Below are positions 37,507 to 47,787 of a stretch of 64,000 bases of DNA, one piece after another. Source of the DNA: a bacterium. Its GTDB lineage: Bacteria; UBA10199; JAIBAG01. Where the stretch lies: assembly GCA_019695305.1 (NCBI GenBank), contig JAIBAG010000013.1, positions 6,339 to 70,338 on the forward strand, written 5' to 3'. A model generated the notes under the pieces. It ran no database searches. It saw only the letters and a program-made list of their open reading frames with translations, and was not told where the DNA came from. Each line of letters begins with the position of its first letter. Within the stretch, counting starts at the first letter, position 1. The translations under genes were made by a program, and so were the position numbers.

Positions 37507-37887
37507 ATGGATGTAAAAATTATCGTGATGCTTGTTTCGGCTATTCTATTATTTGTTTTGCTTCTGGTATCGGGAATTTTACTAATAGTTCGTACATCCA
37601 TAATTCGATCTGAACCTTATCAAAAAAGTATTCGCTTTATACAAGATAGTCCCGACATTAAGACCCAAGTGGGTGAGATTGAAGGCTTTGGCTGGTTTCC
37701 AACCGGACGTATAAGAGGCGCTCTCAATGGTGGGCTGGCTCATTTTTTTATTACCATTTATGGAAGTAGGGGTGAAGGTCGTGTGCATGCAGAACTTATT
37801 TCATTGGGCTATGGTTGGGAAATACAAAAAGTAGAATTTGCCAACAAGGCTAATCCGTCTGGAATCATTTTATTTGAAAAAAAATAA
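37507..37887 (+). CDS. Hypothetical small membrane protein (single N-terminal TM). First gene of the queuosine operon.
   Basis: 126 aa. The N-terminus is MDVKIIVMLVSAILLFVLLLVSGILLIV. The stop is 2 nt before the queC start. Confidence 0.4.
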   Translation: MDVKIIVMLVSAILLFVLLLVSGILLIVRTSIIRSEPYQKSIRFIQDSPDIKTQVGEIEGFGWFPTGRIRGALNGGLAHFFITIYGSRGEGRVHAELISLGYGWEIQKVEFANKANPSGIILFEKK

Positions 37888-37889
37888 AT

Positions 37890-38585
37890 ATGAAAACATC
37901 TCATCCATCATCCATTACTCTTTTGTCGGGCGGTCTTGATTCATATGCTTCATTTCATTGGGCACGCGAAAATACCGATATTGTTTGTGCCGTTACTTTT
38001 GATTATGGGCAGTTTGCTGCTCCTCAAGAAATGGCAGTAGCTAAGAAAATATGCGAACGTTACGAGGTAAATCACCGTATTATTGAGTTGACGTGGTTTA
38101 AAGGAATGACTGGGCAGGGATTAATTGACAAAAAAGTAATGTTGCCGGCTCTTAGCGAAAATGATTTGGATAATGTGAACATTACTAAAAATACGGCCAA
38201 ACAAGTGTGGATTCCCAACCGTAATGGTGTGTTTATTAATGTGACAGCCTCTCTTGCCGAGGAAAAAATGGCTAATATGCTGGTTGTGGGTTTTAATGCT
38301 GAAGAGGCCGTTACTTTTCCTGATAACTCTTTAGCTTTTGTTGAAAAAAGTAATCAGGCATTGGCTTATTCTACACTCAATCAGGTAAAAGTGATGGCGC
38401 CCATGGGAGATAAAAATAAAACAGAAATTGTTAAATGGCTTCTTAAAAATGACGTTCCCCTCGATCTCTTGTGGAGTTGTTATCAGGCCGAACAAAAAAT
38501 GTGTGGGGTTTGTGAATCGTGTTTGCGTCTTAAGCGTGCCCTCAAGTCGGCCGGGGCTAGTGCTTCTATGGAGGTTTTGTTTTGA
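37890..38585 (+). CDS. queC: 7-cyano-7-deazaguanine synthase
   Basis: It has an LLSGGLDS PP-loop and the C-terminal zinc site CGVCESCLRL. Confidence 0.88.
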   Translation: MKTSHPSSITLLSGGLDSYASFHWARENTDIVCAVTFDYGQFAAPQEMAVAKKICERYEVNHRIIELTWFKGMTGQGLIDKKVMLPALSENDLDNVNITKNTAKQVWIPNRNGVFINVTASLAEEKMANMLVVGFNAEEAVTFPDNSLAFVEKSNQALAYSTLNQVKVMAPMGDKNKTEIVKWLLKNDVPLDLLWSCYQAEQKMCGVCESCLRLKRALKSAGASASMEVLF

Positions 38586-39136
38586 ATATCCATTTTATAG
38601 AAAAAGAAACAGCTTACAATGGCTCGCAGTTGCGCTCCCATTTTATTTTAAATAATACGGGGTTATATGGCGACGGGATTGTGGCCTTTATTGGCCCTTG
38701 TGATGTTAAGCTTGATCACATGGTAGATTTGGAAGATGTGATTGCTAAAAAAAGTATTTATTCGGAAAGCATGCTTCATTTCATTGTTGAACATTTTGAT
38801 ATGGATTTGGAGCGCATGGTGTTACGTCAGCGACTTCTGATTTCGCTGATACAAACGGAACTTCTCGATCAATTAGACCAAAAGATTGTACGTCGTGGGG
38901 ATGATCTTTATTTAGATGAATATAAGCTCACGGTTTCTATTGCCACTACTACGCCCGTATCGTGTGTGATTCATACCGGCATCAATATTAATAGTAACAA
39001 TACACCTGTACTCACCCAAGGCTTAAATGATTTTGGTATTAACCCGCAGGCCTTTGCCCGCGCGGTGATGAACCGTTATGCCGAAGAAATAGCGGGTGTG
39101 ACTAAAGCCTGTACCAAAGTAAGAGGGGTTCAGTGA
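38582..39136 (+). CDS. DUF366-like hypothetical protein, translationally coupled between queC and queE
   Basis: 184 aa. It overlaps both neighbours by 4 nt (ATGA-type coupling). No PTPS/QueD CxxxHGH motif is present. Confidence 0.5.
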   Translation: MNIHFIEKETAYNGSQLRSHFILNNTGLYGDGIVAFIGPCDVKLDHMVDLEDVIAKKSIYSESMLHFIVEHFDMDLERMVLRQRLLISLIQTELLDQLDQKIVRRGDDLYLDEYKLTVSIATTTPVSCVIHTGININSNNTPVLTQGLNDFGINPQAFARAVMNRYAEEIAGVTKACTKVRGVQ

Positions 39137-39852
39137 AAGGCCGTATCATCGAAATTTTTTCCTCCGTTCAGGGGGAGGGCTTGTGGTTGGGAATTGAACA
39201 AATTTTTGTACGTTTTCATGGCTGTAAACTCAAATGCTCCTATTGTGATACGCCCCTCACGCATCACGCGATTACAAAATCACGTGTTGAAGTTTTTCCT
39301 TATACTCAAGAATTTGAAAATCATGCTTTGGAATATGGTGTGGAAGAACTCAACGCCACGCTTTCTTCTTTTAAACTTCAATCCATAGCTATTACCGGTG
39401 GTGAACCACTAGAGCAGGTAGAGTTTTTGGAAGCATGGCTTCCTACGCTAAAAACCCAGTACCAAATTCTTTTGGAAACCAGTGGAATAGAGGTGGAAGC
39501 CTTTAAACTTATTAAGCAATACGTGGATATGGCCAGCATGGATATTAAGCTTCCTTCTTCAAGCGGAGAAAAACCCTATTGGAAAGAGCATGATTTGTTT
39601 TTGGAACAAACATTACCCCATAAGGTTTATGCCAAAATTGTATTTAACGAAAAAATGACCCCTGAAGAAGAGGGGCATCTGGAAACGCTTTTTAACAAAT
39701 ATCCCGAACTTCCTGTTGTTTTTCAGCCGGTATCACCGCTGAGAAGCATAAATCTTCAAGAAGCGCTTTTAAAGGCGCGCCGGTTTTCCCAAAAATTTGG
39801 CCCTCGCATCCGGGTAATTCCTCAGGTCCATAAATATCTGGCCGTCATGTAG
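39133..39852 (+). CDS. queE: 7-carboxy-7-deazaguanine synthase (radical SAM)
   Basis: The sequence reads FSSVQGEGLWLGIEQIFVRFHGCKLKCSYCDTP, the QueE Cx14CxxC-type cluster region. Confidence 0.85.
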   Translation: MKGRIIEIFSSVQGEGLWLGIEQIFVRFHGCKLKCSYCDTPLTHHAITKSRVEVFPYTQEFENHALEYGVEELNATLSSFKLQSIAITGGEPLEQVEFLEAWLPTLKTQYQILLETSGIEVEAFKLIKQYVDMASMDIKLPSSSGEKPYWKEHDLFLEQTLPHKVYAKIVFNEKMTPEEEGHLETLFNKYPELPVVFQPVSPLRSINLQEALLKARRFSQKFGPRIRVIPQVHKYLAVM

Positions 39853-39858
39853 TTTCTT

Positions 39859-41064
39859 TTGTATGATGCCCCGATGCCTATTCAAACACGGGACGAATAC
39901 GAAAAATTTGAAAAAGCCCATCTGGCACCCTATGCCGTGGCCAGCCTCGACTCATCCGGTCGTATGTATAAGGAAGAGGAGCATCCCTTACGAAGTCGTT
40001 TTCAGCGCGATCGTGATCGCATTATCCATTCCCGTGCTTTTCGTCGCCTCGAATATAAAACCCAGGTTTTTGTGAATCACGAGGGCGATTATTATCGTAC
40101 CCGTTTAACCCATACTTTAGAAGTAGCCCAAATTGCCCGCACCATTGCTCGGGGACTCAAACTCAATGAAGATTTAGCCGAAAGTATTTCTCTAGCTCAC
40201 GATTTAGGCCACACTCCCTTTGGGCATTCGGGTCAGGATGTGATGAACCATTTGATGAAAACGTTTGGTGGTTTTGAGCATAACCGGCAGTCTTTTCGTG
40301 TGGTTACTTTATTAGAAGACCGTTACCCTGATTTTCCGGGGCTTAATCTCACCTATGAAGTTCTTGAAGGCATTACCAAACATGTGACCGAATACGACAT
40401 GCCTGATGGTTCTTTTTTTACACGCAAGGGTTATCCCACGCTAGAAGCCCAGGTGGCTAATTTTGCCGATGAAATTGCCTATAACAATCACGATATCGAC
40501 GATGGCTTAAAGTCGGGTATGATTGTGCTGAAAGATTTAAAAACAATTGAGTTATGGGAAGATAATTTTCAAATTGTTAAAAAGAAATACCCCGATCACC
40601 ATCTCAATCACCAAATATCACAGACGGTAAGGATGATCATCAACTATTTGGTGATGGATTTGATGGAAGAAACTATTCGTAATATTGGATCTAAAAAAAT
40701 TAAGAGTTCTGACGATGTAAAAGAAAAAGGGCTTAACTGCGTGTCTTTTTCGCCTGCTGTTAAAAAGAAAAATCACGAGTTAAAACGGTTTTTGCTGAAT
40801 AAAATGTACAGGCATTATCGGGTGATACGCATGGCCGATAAAGCCGAGAGGATTATTACTGAACTTTTTAAAGCGTACACACACAATTCTAAAATTTTAC
40901 CTCCCGATTTTCTGGAACGATATCAAAAGAAAACAAGGTCGCCAAAAGAAGATCTCTCGAAAGAAAAAATTGAACGGATTGTGTGCGATTATATTGCTGG
41001 TATGACCGACCGTTTTGCTTTGGATGAATATAAGAAGCTTTTTGACCCTCATGAAAAAGTTTAG
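39859..41064 (+). CDS. dgt: dGTPase-like HD-domain deoxynucleoside triphosphate triphosphohydrolase
   Basis: It has the HD domain (RTRLTHTLEVAQIAR...AHDLGHTPFGH) typical of Dgt-family proteins. Confidence 0.8.
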   Translation: MYDAPMPIQTRDEYEKFEKAHLAPYAVASLDSSGRMYKEEEHPLRSRFQRDRDRIIHSRAFRRLEYKTQVFVNHEGDYYRTRLTHTLEVAQIARTIARGLKLNEDLAESISLAHDLGHTPFGHSGQDVMNHLMKTFGGFEHNRQSFRVVTLLEDRYPDFPGLNLTYEVLEGITKHVTEYDMPDGSFFTRKGYPTLEAQVANFADEIAYNNHDIDDGLKSGMIVLKDLKTIELWEDNFQIVKKKYPDHHLNHQISQTVRMIINYLVMDLMEETIRNIGSKKIKSSDDVKEKGLNCVSFSPAVKKKNHELKRFLLNKMYRHYRVIRMADKAERIITELFKAYTHNSKILPPDFLERYQKKTRSPKEDLSKEKIERIVCDYIAGMTDRFALDEYKKLFDPHEKV

Positions 41065-41163
41065 AGCCTGTTAAGCAGCAAATGCGTAGCATTTGGTGCT
41101 GTTACAGGGTCTTATCCCGAAACTGAAAGTTTCGGGGGTAGAGCTTCCACTGAAAGGCTAGAT

Positions 41164-41391
41164 ATGAAAAATAAAACTGTAACCATTAACCTCAATACCC
41201 CACTTGCAAAAATCAATGTCGATAATGATGAGTTGATCATCCAGATTCAAGGAAAAGTAATTTCTACCGATGATGGTGGTTTAACTGTTGAAATCAAAAC
41301 GGTTTCCAATGGAAAAAAGTGGTTTTCTACCAGCCAGTTTAAGGAAATTTTTATTCCTATGTCTAAAGTTGATTTTGTAGTCCTTTCATAA
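41164..41391 (+). CDS. Hypothetical small protein (75 aa)
   Basis: ORF only. Confidence 0.3.
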   Translation: MKNKTVTINLNTPLAKINVDNDELIIQIQGKVISTDDGGLTVEIKTVSNGKKWFSTSQFKEIFIPMSKVDFVVLS

Positions 41392-41459
41392 AACGTGAAG
41401 AAACTTTTTATCATTATATCGTTTTTTTTATTCCTTTTGCGTATTCTCAGGAAAAATCA

Positions 41460-41861
41460 GTGTTTTTAACCGGTAGTGACGCTACCTTAAACATGGTTGA
41501 ACAGGATGATGTTGATGGTGTTTATAGGCAAAATCATCTTTTGGAATTAACTAGTAAAGATGGCAAGAAAACAGTGTTTGAGCTACAGCCCAGTTCGGAA
41601 GCTCATTGTGCGGTGTTAATGCCCGATAAAAAGAAATTATTGGTGTCGGGTGTGTCTGGTGGTTCTGGAACGTGGTGGCTTAAAGAATATAACATTTCAC
41701 AAAAAAAACCGGTTCAAGATTTATCAAAAATTATTTCTTCCGGTTTTTCTTATCCTTTATGTATTCAGCTTGTTCATGGTGAGCTCATTATCCCTGGAGA
41801 CGAAACCGATTTTGTGGTGGATCTTGTTAAAAAAACAACTCAGAAAAAACCAAAAACTTAA
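41460..41861 (+). CDS. Hypothetical protein (133 aa, GTG start)
   Basis: ORF only. An upstream out-of-frame signal-peptide-like ORF (VKKLFIIISFFLFLLRIL) suggests a possible frameshift or misplaced start. Confidence 0.3.
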   Translation: MFLTGSDATLNMVEQDDVDGVYRQNHLLELTSKDGKKTVFELQPSSEAHCAVLMPDKKKLLVSGVSGGSGTWWLKEYNISQKKPVQDLSKIISSGFSYPLCIQLVHGELIIPGDETDFVVDLVKKTTQKKPKT

Positions 41862-43156
41862 TGTGGCGATTTCTTTTTTACTTCCCCGCCAAAAGTATAG
41901 CTAAGTTGGGCGCCCACGCGTGAGTTGTTGTCGAAGTACGAAATAGGCGAGTAGGTAATATCACCCTGTGTAAGAATAAGAGCTGTTAGTGAAGCTTTTA
42001 AATCCTTATAAATCTTGGTTTCGGCATCAAACAAAATAGCCGTTTCGGCATTGGATAGATCTTTGATAACTCCAAGCTTAAGGGCACTCATGAGTTTATT
42101 TTGAAAATCCCAGGTTACACCTAAAAATACATCATTTTTAAACGGTCTAAAGTTTTTTAAATTGGATTCGTGAGAATCTTCACCCAAGTATTCGGCTGCC
42201 AGCGTCACATTGCTTTTGCCCAGTACACCATAAAAAGTGTAATCGGCACCTGGTACAAATTGAAAGTAATTGCCGGGCAAAGCATTGCCCCCTTCAAAAT
42301 TGATGGCATGGGCCTTGTCGCTATCGTTATCGGTATGAGTATAGGCACTTTCAAAATAAAAGCGAAACCCCTTGTAGGGTACTTCGGCATTAAAAGCGAT
42401 AATGTCGGCCGTGTAATAAAAAGGACGAACTCTTAGTCCACCGGTTCCATCAAGCATAAGTAAATATGCCGGATCGTGATGAGGGCCGTGATAATACAAG
42501 AGAGAAGCATCGCCAAAAGAAAAATTACTTTTAATGGCTAAAGCTCCTGCCAAGGTATTGGCCCCATTGGGGCTATCCTGATTTTCAAAAAGACTATAGT
42601 CAATGCCGTTAGCCTGGCCCCGTAGGCCAAAACGTGTATCACGGTTGGGAAGAGGGGTGGTTAAAAATAATGGAAAAAACATGCCTTCAAACGAGATGTT
42701 TTTTAACACACCTTGGGTTTCTAAAGAATATTGATACGCCACTTGCACCTCGCCCATGAGAGGAGGGTTGTAAAAGTCGGTTTCGTAATCTTTGCGGTTT
42801 AATACCTGTGACGGGTTAAAAGAATTAGCAACGCCCCATTCTCGTATTTTTTCGCCAGCTAAAATTTGATGATGAGATGTATAGTATAAAAAGTAAGCTT
42901 CTTGAGGATCGTAACGATTACGACTTGCATCTAATACATCCACTTGAATGCGGGGATGAAGATCAATTTTAATATTTTTTTCATTGCCGTACATTAAGTC
43001 GATATCGGCGGCAATGGTATCGGTATCGTTGTGTGAATGAACATTGCGGTTTTTTAAAAAGCTTTGGTGTTCAAAAGAGGCCGTTGCTGTGTAATCCACA
43101 CGGGCTAATGCCGGAAGCGATAAAAAAAGAAGGAAAGCTAGAGTAAAAAATTTCAT
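41858..43156 (-). CDS. Hypothetical outer-membrane beta-barrel protein (signal peptide, aromatic C-terminus)
   Basis: It begins MKFFTLAFLLFLSLPALA and ends ...GAQLSYTF(GGEVKKKSPH). Alternating amphipathic strands are visible. Confidence 0.5.
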   Translation of the reverse strand: MKFFTLAFLLFLSLPALARVDYTATASFEHQSFLKNRNVHSHNDTDTIAADIDLMYGNEKNIKIDLHPRIQVDVLDASRNRYDPQEAYFLYYTSHHQILAGEKIREWGVANSFNPSQVLNRKDYETDFYNPPLMGEVQVAYQYSLETQGVLKNISFEGMFFPLFLTTPLPNRDTRFGLRGQANGIDYSLFENQDSPNGANTLAGALAIKSNFSFGDASLLYYHGPHHDPAYLLMLDGTGGLRVRPFYYTADIIAFNAEVPYKGFRFYFESAYTHTDNDSDKAHAINFEGGNALPGNYFQFVPGADYTFYGVLGKSNVTLAAEYLGEDSHESNLKNFRPFKNDVFLGVTWDFQNKLMSALKLGVIKDLSNAETAILFDAETKIYKDLKASLTALILTQGDITYSPISYFDNNSRVGAQLSYTFGGEVKKKSPH

Positions 43157-43893
43157 CGCGTTAGAGCCTCCATTTTAAACGTACTTTCGGGAAATGTTTG
43201 GCCAATAGTGTGGCTTTTAAGACGCATGGTGGTAAAGCGCCCACTTTTGGTTTCGGTCATGGTTACTTCTAAAGGTCTCCAAAATTTACCTTCAAGCCTT
43301 GCGTAATGCTCAAATACAGCTGTTTTTAAAAGAGTGTTATTTTTGGCATAAAATTCTGTTTTTAAAGTTTGATAGGTATTGGTGGTAATCCACGAAATGG
43401 TTTTAGAGTAAGAGGAGGATGTACGTGCCGGGATGGCTTCAACAACAGTACAATCTTTGTTACCTATTGTTTCATTTTTTAATAAATTATAATCGTACAA
43501 AGCGGTATTTTTTGGAGCTAAATCTTCATGAGTAAATTCGGTGCCCAAAAAAAATCCGTTTTGGGTGCCGGATGCAAGTCTTCGTGTTTTACCCAACGAT
43601 GGCAAATACAGCCATTGAATATCTTGGCCCAAACTTAAAAGTTTAGCCCCTTTTACATCGTCTGGAGAGGTTACTATAAGTAAGGTTTTTCCGCTTTCTT
43701 CGCGGTAAATTTCAAACCCGCGTTCTGTAACGCTTTTGTTTTTTTCTGTGGTAACAAAAGTACCAGCAATAAATTCGGTTTTATATCCCTTATTAGAATT
43801 ATTTTGAGCTTCAATTATTTCTAATCCTGTTTGTGCATAAACAACAGGGCATAAAAATACAAAAAGAATAAAATAGGAAAAGGATTTTATCAT
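43153..43893 (-). CDS. LolA-like outer-membrane lipoprotein-sorting-fold protein (secreted)
   Basis: 246 aa with a signal peptide. The ...LLSLGQDIQWLYLPSLGKTRRLASGT... pattern is typical of the LolA-like family. It overlaps the downstream OMP gene by 4 nt. Confidence 0.5.
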   Translation of the reverse strand: MIKSFSYFILFVFLCPVVYAQTGLEIIEAQNNSNKGYKTEFIAGTFVTTEKNKSVTERGFEIYREESGKTLLIVTSPDDVKGAKLLSLGQDIQWLYLPSLGKTRRLASGTQNGFFLGTEFTHEDLAPKNTALYDYNLLKNETIGNKDCTVVEAIPARTSSSYSKTISWITTNTYQTLKTEFYAKNNTLLKTAVFEHYARLEGKFWRPLEVTMTETKSGRFTTMRLKSHTIGQTFPESTFKMEALTR

Positions 43894-43910
43894 CAGATCT
43901 TTAATACTAG

Positions 43911-44552
43911 TTAAGACGCGGCTCTGTAGTTTTCGTGCGTCTTTTCAAATTTATCGATGGCATCGGTAAATTTGAGTGAAATACCAATGTCATCTAGGCC
44001 TTCTAGCAATTTTTTACGCACGGCTTCATCAATAGAAAACGAAAAAGTTGTTTCGGGCTGGGTAAGGAAGGAAACGGTTTTGTTTTCCAAATTTACCGTA
44101 GCTTTAATGCCGGGGTTTTTTAAGACAATACCTTTAATGGTGGCATATTGCTCTTCGCTTAGTTCAATAAGCAATAAACCGTTTTTAGAAGAATTGTTTT
44201 TAAAGATATCGGCAAAGCCGGGAATAATTTCGCCGTCACTTTTCTTTTGAGGGGCTAATACTACTTTATAACCGTATTGAGCAATGGCCCAAACAGCGTG
44301 TTCGCGCGAAGAACCACAACCAAAATTATTGCCGGCAACCAAAATAGAGGTGCCTTTATAGGCAGGATTATTGAGTTCAAAATCGGGGTTAAGACTGCCA
44401 TCCGGTTTTCTTTTCCAATGCTCAAAAAGAGATTCTCCAAAACCGGTTTTTTTGATCGATTTCAAAAATTCTTTTGAAATGATTTGGTCGGTATCAATAT
44501 TACCGCGATCGAGTAGCGAAACAATGCCTGTATGGGTTTTAAATGGTTCCAT
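43911..44552 (-). CDS. leuD: 3-isopropylmalate dehydratase small subunit
   Basis: The sequence reads MEPFKTHTGIVSLLDRGNIDTDQIISKEFLK...GNNFGCGSSREHA. Confidence 0.9.
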   Translation of the reverse strand: MEPFKTHTGIVSLLDRGNIDTDQIISKEFLKSIKKTGFGESLFEHWKRKPDGSLNPDFELNNPAYKGTSILVAGNNFGCGSSREHAVWAIAQYGYKVVLAPQKKSDGEIIPGFADIFKNNSSKNGLLLIELSEEQYATIKGIVLKNPGIKATVNLENKTVSFLTQPETTFSFSIDEAVRKKLLEGLDDIGISLKFTDAIDKFEKTHENYRAAS

Positions 44553-44553
44553 A

Positions 44554-45957
44554 TTATTTCCAATTCCTTAAATCAACAAAGTGTCCGGCAACTGCAGCCG
44601 CCGCAGCCATTTCGGGGCCTACAAGATGTGTGCGTCCGCCTGTGCCCTGACGACCTTCAAAGTTACGGTTAGAGGTAGAAGCGCAACGTTCCTGCGGTTT
44701 TAATTTATCCGGGTTCATGGCTAAGCACATGCTACAACCGGCTTCGCGCCATTCGGCGCCCGATTCCAAAAAGATTTTATCCAAACCTTCAAGCTCGGCT
44801 TGTTTTTTAACCTGTTCACTGCCAGGCACAATTAAAGCGCGTACTTTTCCATTTACCTTTTTACCTTTTAAAATGTTGGCGGCGGCACGCAAGTCTTCAA
44901 TGCGTGAGTTGGTACAGCTGCCAATAAACACAGTATCAATGGTAATGTCGGTAATTTTGGTTCCTGCTTTAAGTCCCATGTATTCGAGTGCTTTTTCGGC
45001 ATCGCCAGCAGTAACGTTTTTGGCTTTATCAGGGAAGGGCACAATATCATCTACGCTGGTTACCATCGACGGGCTGGTTCCCCAGGTTACTTGCGGGGCC
45101 ATTTTGGATACATCAATGGTAATTTCACGATCAAAATGAGCGCCTTCGTCACTTACCAGTTTTTTCCAAAAGGCAATGGCTTCTTCCAGTTTTTTTCCTT
45201 TGGGAGCAAAGGGACGGTTAGAATTTGAAACATAGGCAAAAGTTGTTTCGTCGGGGGCAATCATGCCGGCACGGGCACCGGCTTCGATGCTCATGTTACA
45301 AATGGTCATGCGTGCTTCCATGGATAAATTGCGTATGGCTTCACCGGCAAATTCTAATACATAACCGGTGCCACCGGCGGTTCCAATTTCGCCAATGAGT
45401 TTTAATACAAAATCTTTGGCTGTTACCCAGGCGGCCGGTTTACCAATAAAATTTACACGAAAGTTTTTTGCTTTCTTTTGAACCAAACATTGTGTGGCTA
45501 GCACATGCTCTACTTCGCTTGTGCCAATACCAAAAGCTAATGCTCCAAAAGCACCATGAGTAGATGTGTGTGAGTCACCGCAAACAATAGTGGCTCCAGG
45601 TAACGTAATACCTAATTCGGGGCCAATCACATGCACAATGCCTTGTTTATCGGAGTTAAGGCCATAAAGCGTAACACCGGTTTCGTTACAATTTTTTTCC
45701 AGCGTTTCAATTTGCGCTTTGGCAATTGCGTCTTTAATATTTGTTTTGTCTTTTGTAGGAACGTTATGGTCCATGGTGGCAAAGGTTAAATCGGGACGGC
45801 GTACCTTGCGACCGGCCAGTTTAATGCCTTCAAAAGCCTGAGGACTTGTTACCTCGTGCACCAAGTGACGATCGATATAGAGGAGGGTAGAACCATCGGG
45901 AAGTGTAGTTACCACGTGGTTTTCCCATACTTTGTCGTATAGAGTTTTTTTGTTCAT
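44554..45957 (-). CDS. leuC: 3-isopropylmalate dehydratase large subunit
   Basis: It has aconitase-family motifs (VCGDSHT, GSCTNSR) and the LeuC N-terminus [16 protein letters not shown]. Confidence 0.92.
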   Translation of the reverse strand: MNKKTLYDKVWENHVVTTLPDGSTLLYIDRHLVHEVTSPQAFEGIKLAGRKVRRPDLTFATMDHNVPTKDKTNIKDAIAKAQIETLEKNCNETGVTLYGLNSDKQGIVHVIGPELGITLPGATIVCGDSHTSTHGAFGALAFGIGTSEVEHVLATQCLVQKKAKNFRVNFIGKPAAWVTAKDFVLKLIGEIGTAGGTGYVLEFAGEAIRNLSMEARMTICNMSIEAGARAGMIAPDETTFAYVSNSNRPFAPKGKKLEEAIAFWKKLVSDEGAHFDREITIDVSKMAPQVTWGTSPSMVTSVDDIVPFPDKAKNVTAGDAEKALEYMGLKAGTKITDITIDTVFIGSCTNSRIEDLRAAANILKGKKVNGKVRALIVPGSEQVKKQAELEGLDKIFLESGAEWREAGCSMCLAMNPDKLKPQERCASTSNRNFEGRQGTGGRTHLVGPEMAAAAAVAGHFVDLRNWK

Positions 45958-46005
45958 GACGCTGGCTTCCTAACATGCTAGGGATGGATAAATCAAGGAG
46001 CTTTT

Positions 46006-46998
46006 ATGAAAGCATTTGTTATTGGGGCAACGGGTATTATTGGTAATCATGTGGTGCGCAGCCTTGTGGCCCGTGGGCTTCCTGTCCGTGTGTTTTCGCG
46101 CGGGCTTACGCCGTCTAAAAATTTAGAAGATTTAAACACGGTGGAAATCGTCAAAGGTGATTTGTACGACACCGATTCGCTGGCGCGCGCCATGGAAGGC
46201 TGTACTCATCTTTTTCACACCGCTCCTTATTATCCGCTCAACATGTTTGATACGCCTGGGCATCTTAAAAGTGCCATGCAGGGGATTGAATCGGTTCTGA
46301 CCGCTGCAAAAAAAGTGGGTATTAAACGCATGGTGTATACCAGCACGCTCACCACCATTGGCAAACCGCATCACTCCACAGAACTGGCCGATGAAACCTG
46401 TGTTTATGATTTAACGGCCAAACAGCCTCACCCTTACTTTGCCATCAAGCCTCTTATGGAAGCCCGTATGCGTGAGGCAGCTTTAAAGGGGGAGATGGAT
46501 GTGGTGATGGTAAACCCAACCGGCTGTTTTGGGCCCTACGAGCTTAAACCAGTGGAATTGTGCCTTATCCCTCAACTCATCAATAAAAAGATACCGGCTT
46601 ATATCGAGTGCCCTATGAACGTGGTGAACGTGGCCGATGTGGGTGAAGGGCATGTGCTAGCCATGGAAAAGGGGCGTTCGGGCGAACGTTATATTTTGGG
46701 AGGTTTTAACACCACCACTGGCGATACTATTAAAAAAATATGTGAGGTAGCGGGAGTATCGCCGCCTAAAGTTAAAGTACCGGTTAAAATGGCTTTGGTG
46801 CCTACCTTGCTTTCGGAATATATGGCTCGAATGACTCATTCTATTCCCAAATTAACAAGTTTAGGAATTCGATTTGCTCAATATGGCCAGCATTTATCCA
46901 TTCAAAAAGCGGTGACCGAGTTAGGATATCAGCCCACTTCCATGGAAAAATGCTATGAAAAAGCCATTAATTGGTACCAAAAAATAGGATATTGTTGA
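46006..46998 (+). CDS. NAD-dependent epimerase/dehydratase family protein (SDR, extended)
   Basis: It has the MKAFVIGATGIIGNHVV Rossmann motif. Confidence 0.75.
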   Translation: MKAFVIGATGIIGNHVVRSLVARGLPVRVFSRGLTPSKNLEDLNTVEIVKGDLYDTDSLARAMEGCTHLFHTAPYYPLNMFDTPGHLKSAMQGIESVLTAAKKVGIKRMVYTSTLTTIGKPHHSTELADETCVYDLTAKQPHPYFAIKPLMEARMREAALKGEMDVVMVNPTGCFGPYELKPVELCLIPQLINKKIPAYIECPMNVVNVADVGEGHVLAMEKGRSGERYILGGFNTTTGDTIKKICEVAGVSPPKVKVPVKMALVPTLLSEYMARMTHSIPKLTSLGIRFAQYGQHLSIQKAVTELGYQPTSMEKCYEKAINWYQKIGYC

Positions 46999-47064
46999 AA
47001 AAATGCTAGATAAGCTAACAATATTACTTGTCTTTCGGCTAAATCCTGCTACAAAAGCGTAAGC

Positions 47065-47781
47065 ATGGAAAACCGCATTAAAAAGGCTCGGGAAGACGAA
47101 GTTATTAAATTAGATGGGGAAGGTAACTGGTTTCATGGCGAATTTCCCATTTTACACGACCGAACTATTCAATTTTTATACAAAAATATCGAACGCGACG
47201 ACCAAGGCTTTTACTATTTAACGGGTGAAGATAAACCCGTATATTTTAAAGTAGAAGAAGTTCCTTTTTGGGTGGTGAAAATTGAGCGTACTATTGCCGG
47301 TTATTTGATCACCTTAACTGATGGCGGTATGGAATTGCTCCAGCCCGATTCGATGTGGGTGGGAAAAAATGATGCTCTTTATTGTGTGGTAAAGGGTGAT
47401 ATCCCGGCCAAGTTTTCTCGGGCGGCCTATAACGACATCACGCGCGATTTGCAAAAAGAAGGGGCTAAATACATTTTGGCGTTGGGTAAAAAGCGTCATC
47501 CTTTAGCAACTAAAGCCCCCGATGGTATTGTTTTAGGCAGTAAAGATTTAAAACATGCCGGTGCCAAAAAACCTGAACGTGATTTAAAAGCTTATTACCA
47601 AGAAAAAATTACTTCCGAATCAGAGGCTTCTTCCAAAAAAGCAAAGGGTTCCGAGAAAAAGAAAAAGCAAAAGCAAAAAGTAGAAAAAAAGGCCAAAAAA
47701 GTAAAAGCTGCCAAAAAACAGCTAAAAAAACCCGCCAAGAAGCCTCAAAAAAAAGCCGCTAAGAAGAAATTAAAAAAATAA
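47065..47781 (+). CDS. DUF1285-family protein with a C-terminal lysine/alanine-rich histone-H1-like tail
   Basis: The N-terminal ~170 aa have a DUF1285-like pattern (GEGNWFHGEFPILHDRTIQFLYKNI). The C-terminus reads KKAKGSEKKKKQKQKVEKKAKKVKAAKKQLKKPAKKPQKKAAKKKLKK. Confidence 0.5.
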   Translation: MENRIKKAREDEVIKLDGEGNWFHGEFPILHDRTIQFLYKNIERDDQGFYYLTGEDKPVYFKVEEVPFWVVKIERTIAGYLITLTDGGMELLQPDSMWVGKNDALYCVVKGDIPAKFSRAAYNDITRDLQKEGAKYILALGKKRHPLATKAPDGIVLGSKDLKHAGAKKPERDLKAYYQEKITSESEASSKKAKGSEKKKKQKQKVEKKAKKVKAAKKQLKKPAKKPQKKAAKKKLKK

Positions 47782-47787
47782 TTTTTA

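Noticed and set aside
41065-41163. Two hairpins after dgt (CAAATGCgtaGCATTTG; CCCGAAACTgaaAGTTTCGGG) as an ncRNA
   Set aside because: They are more simply explained as tandem terminator-like stem-loops. There is no conserved ncRNA signature.
44717-45139. 140-aa + strand ORF
   Set aside because: It is antisense to leuC.
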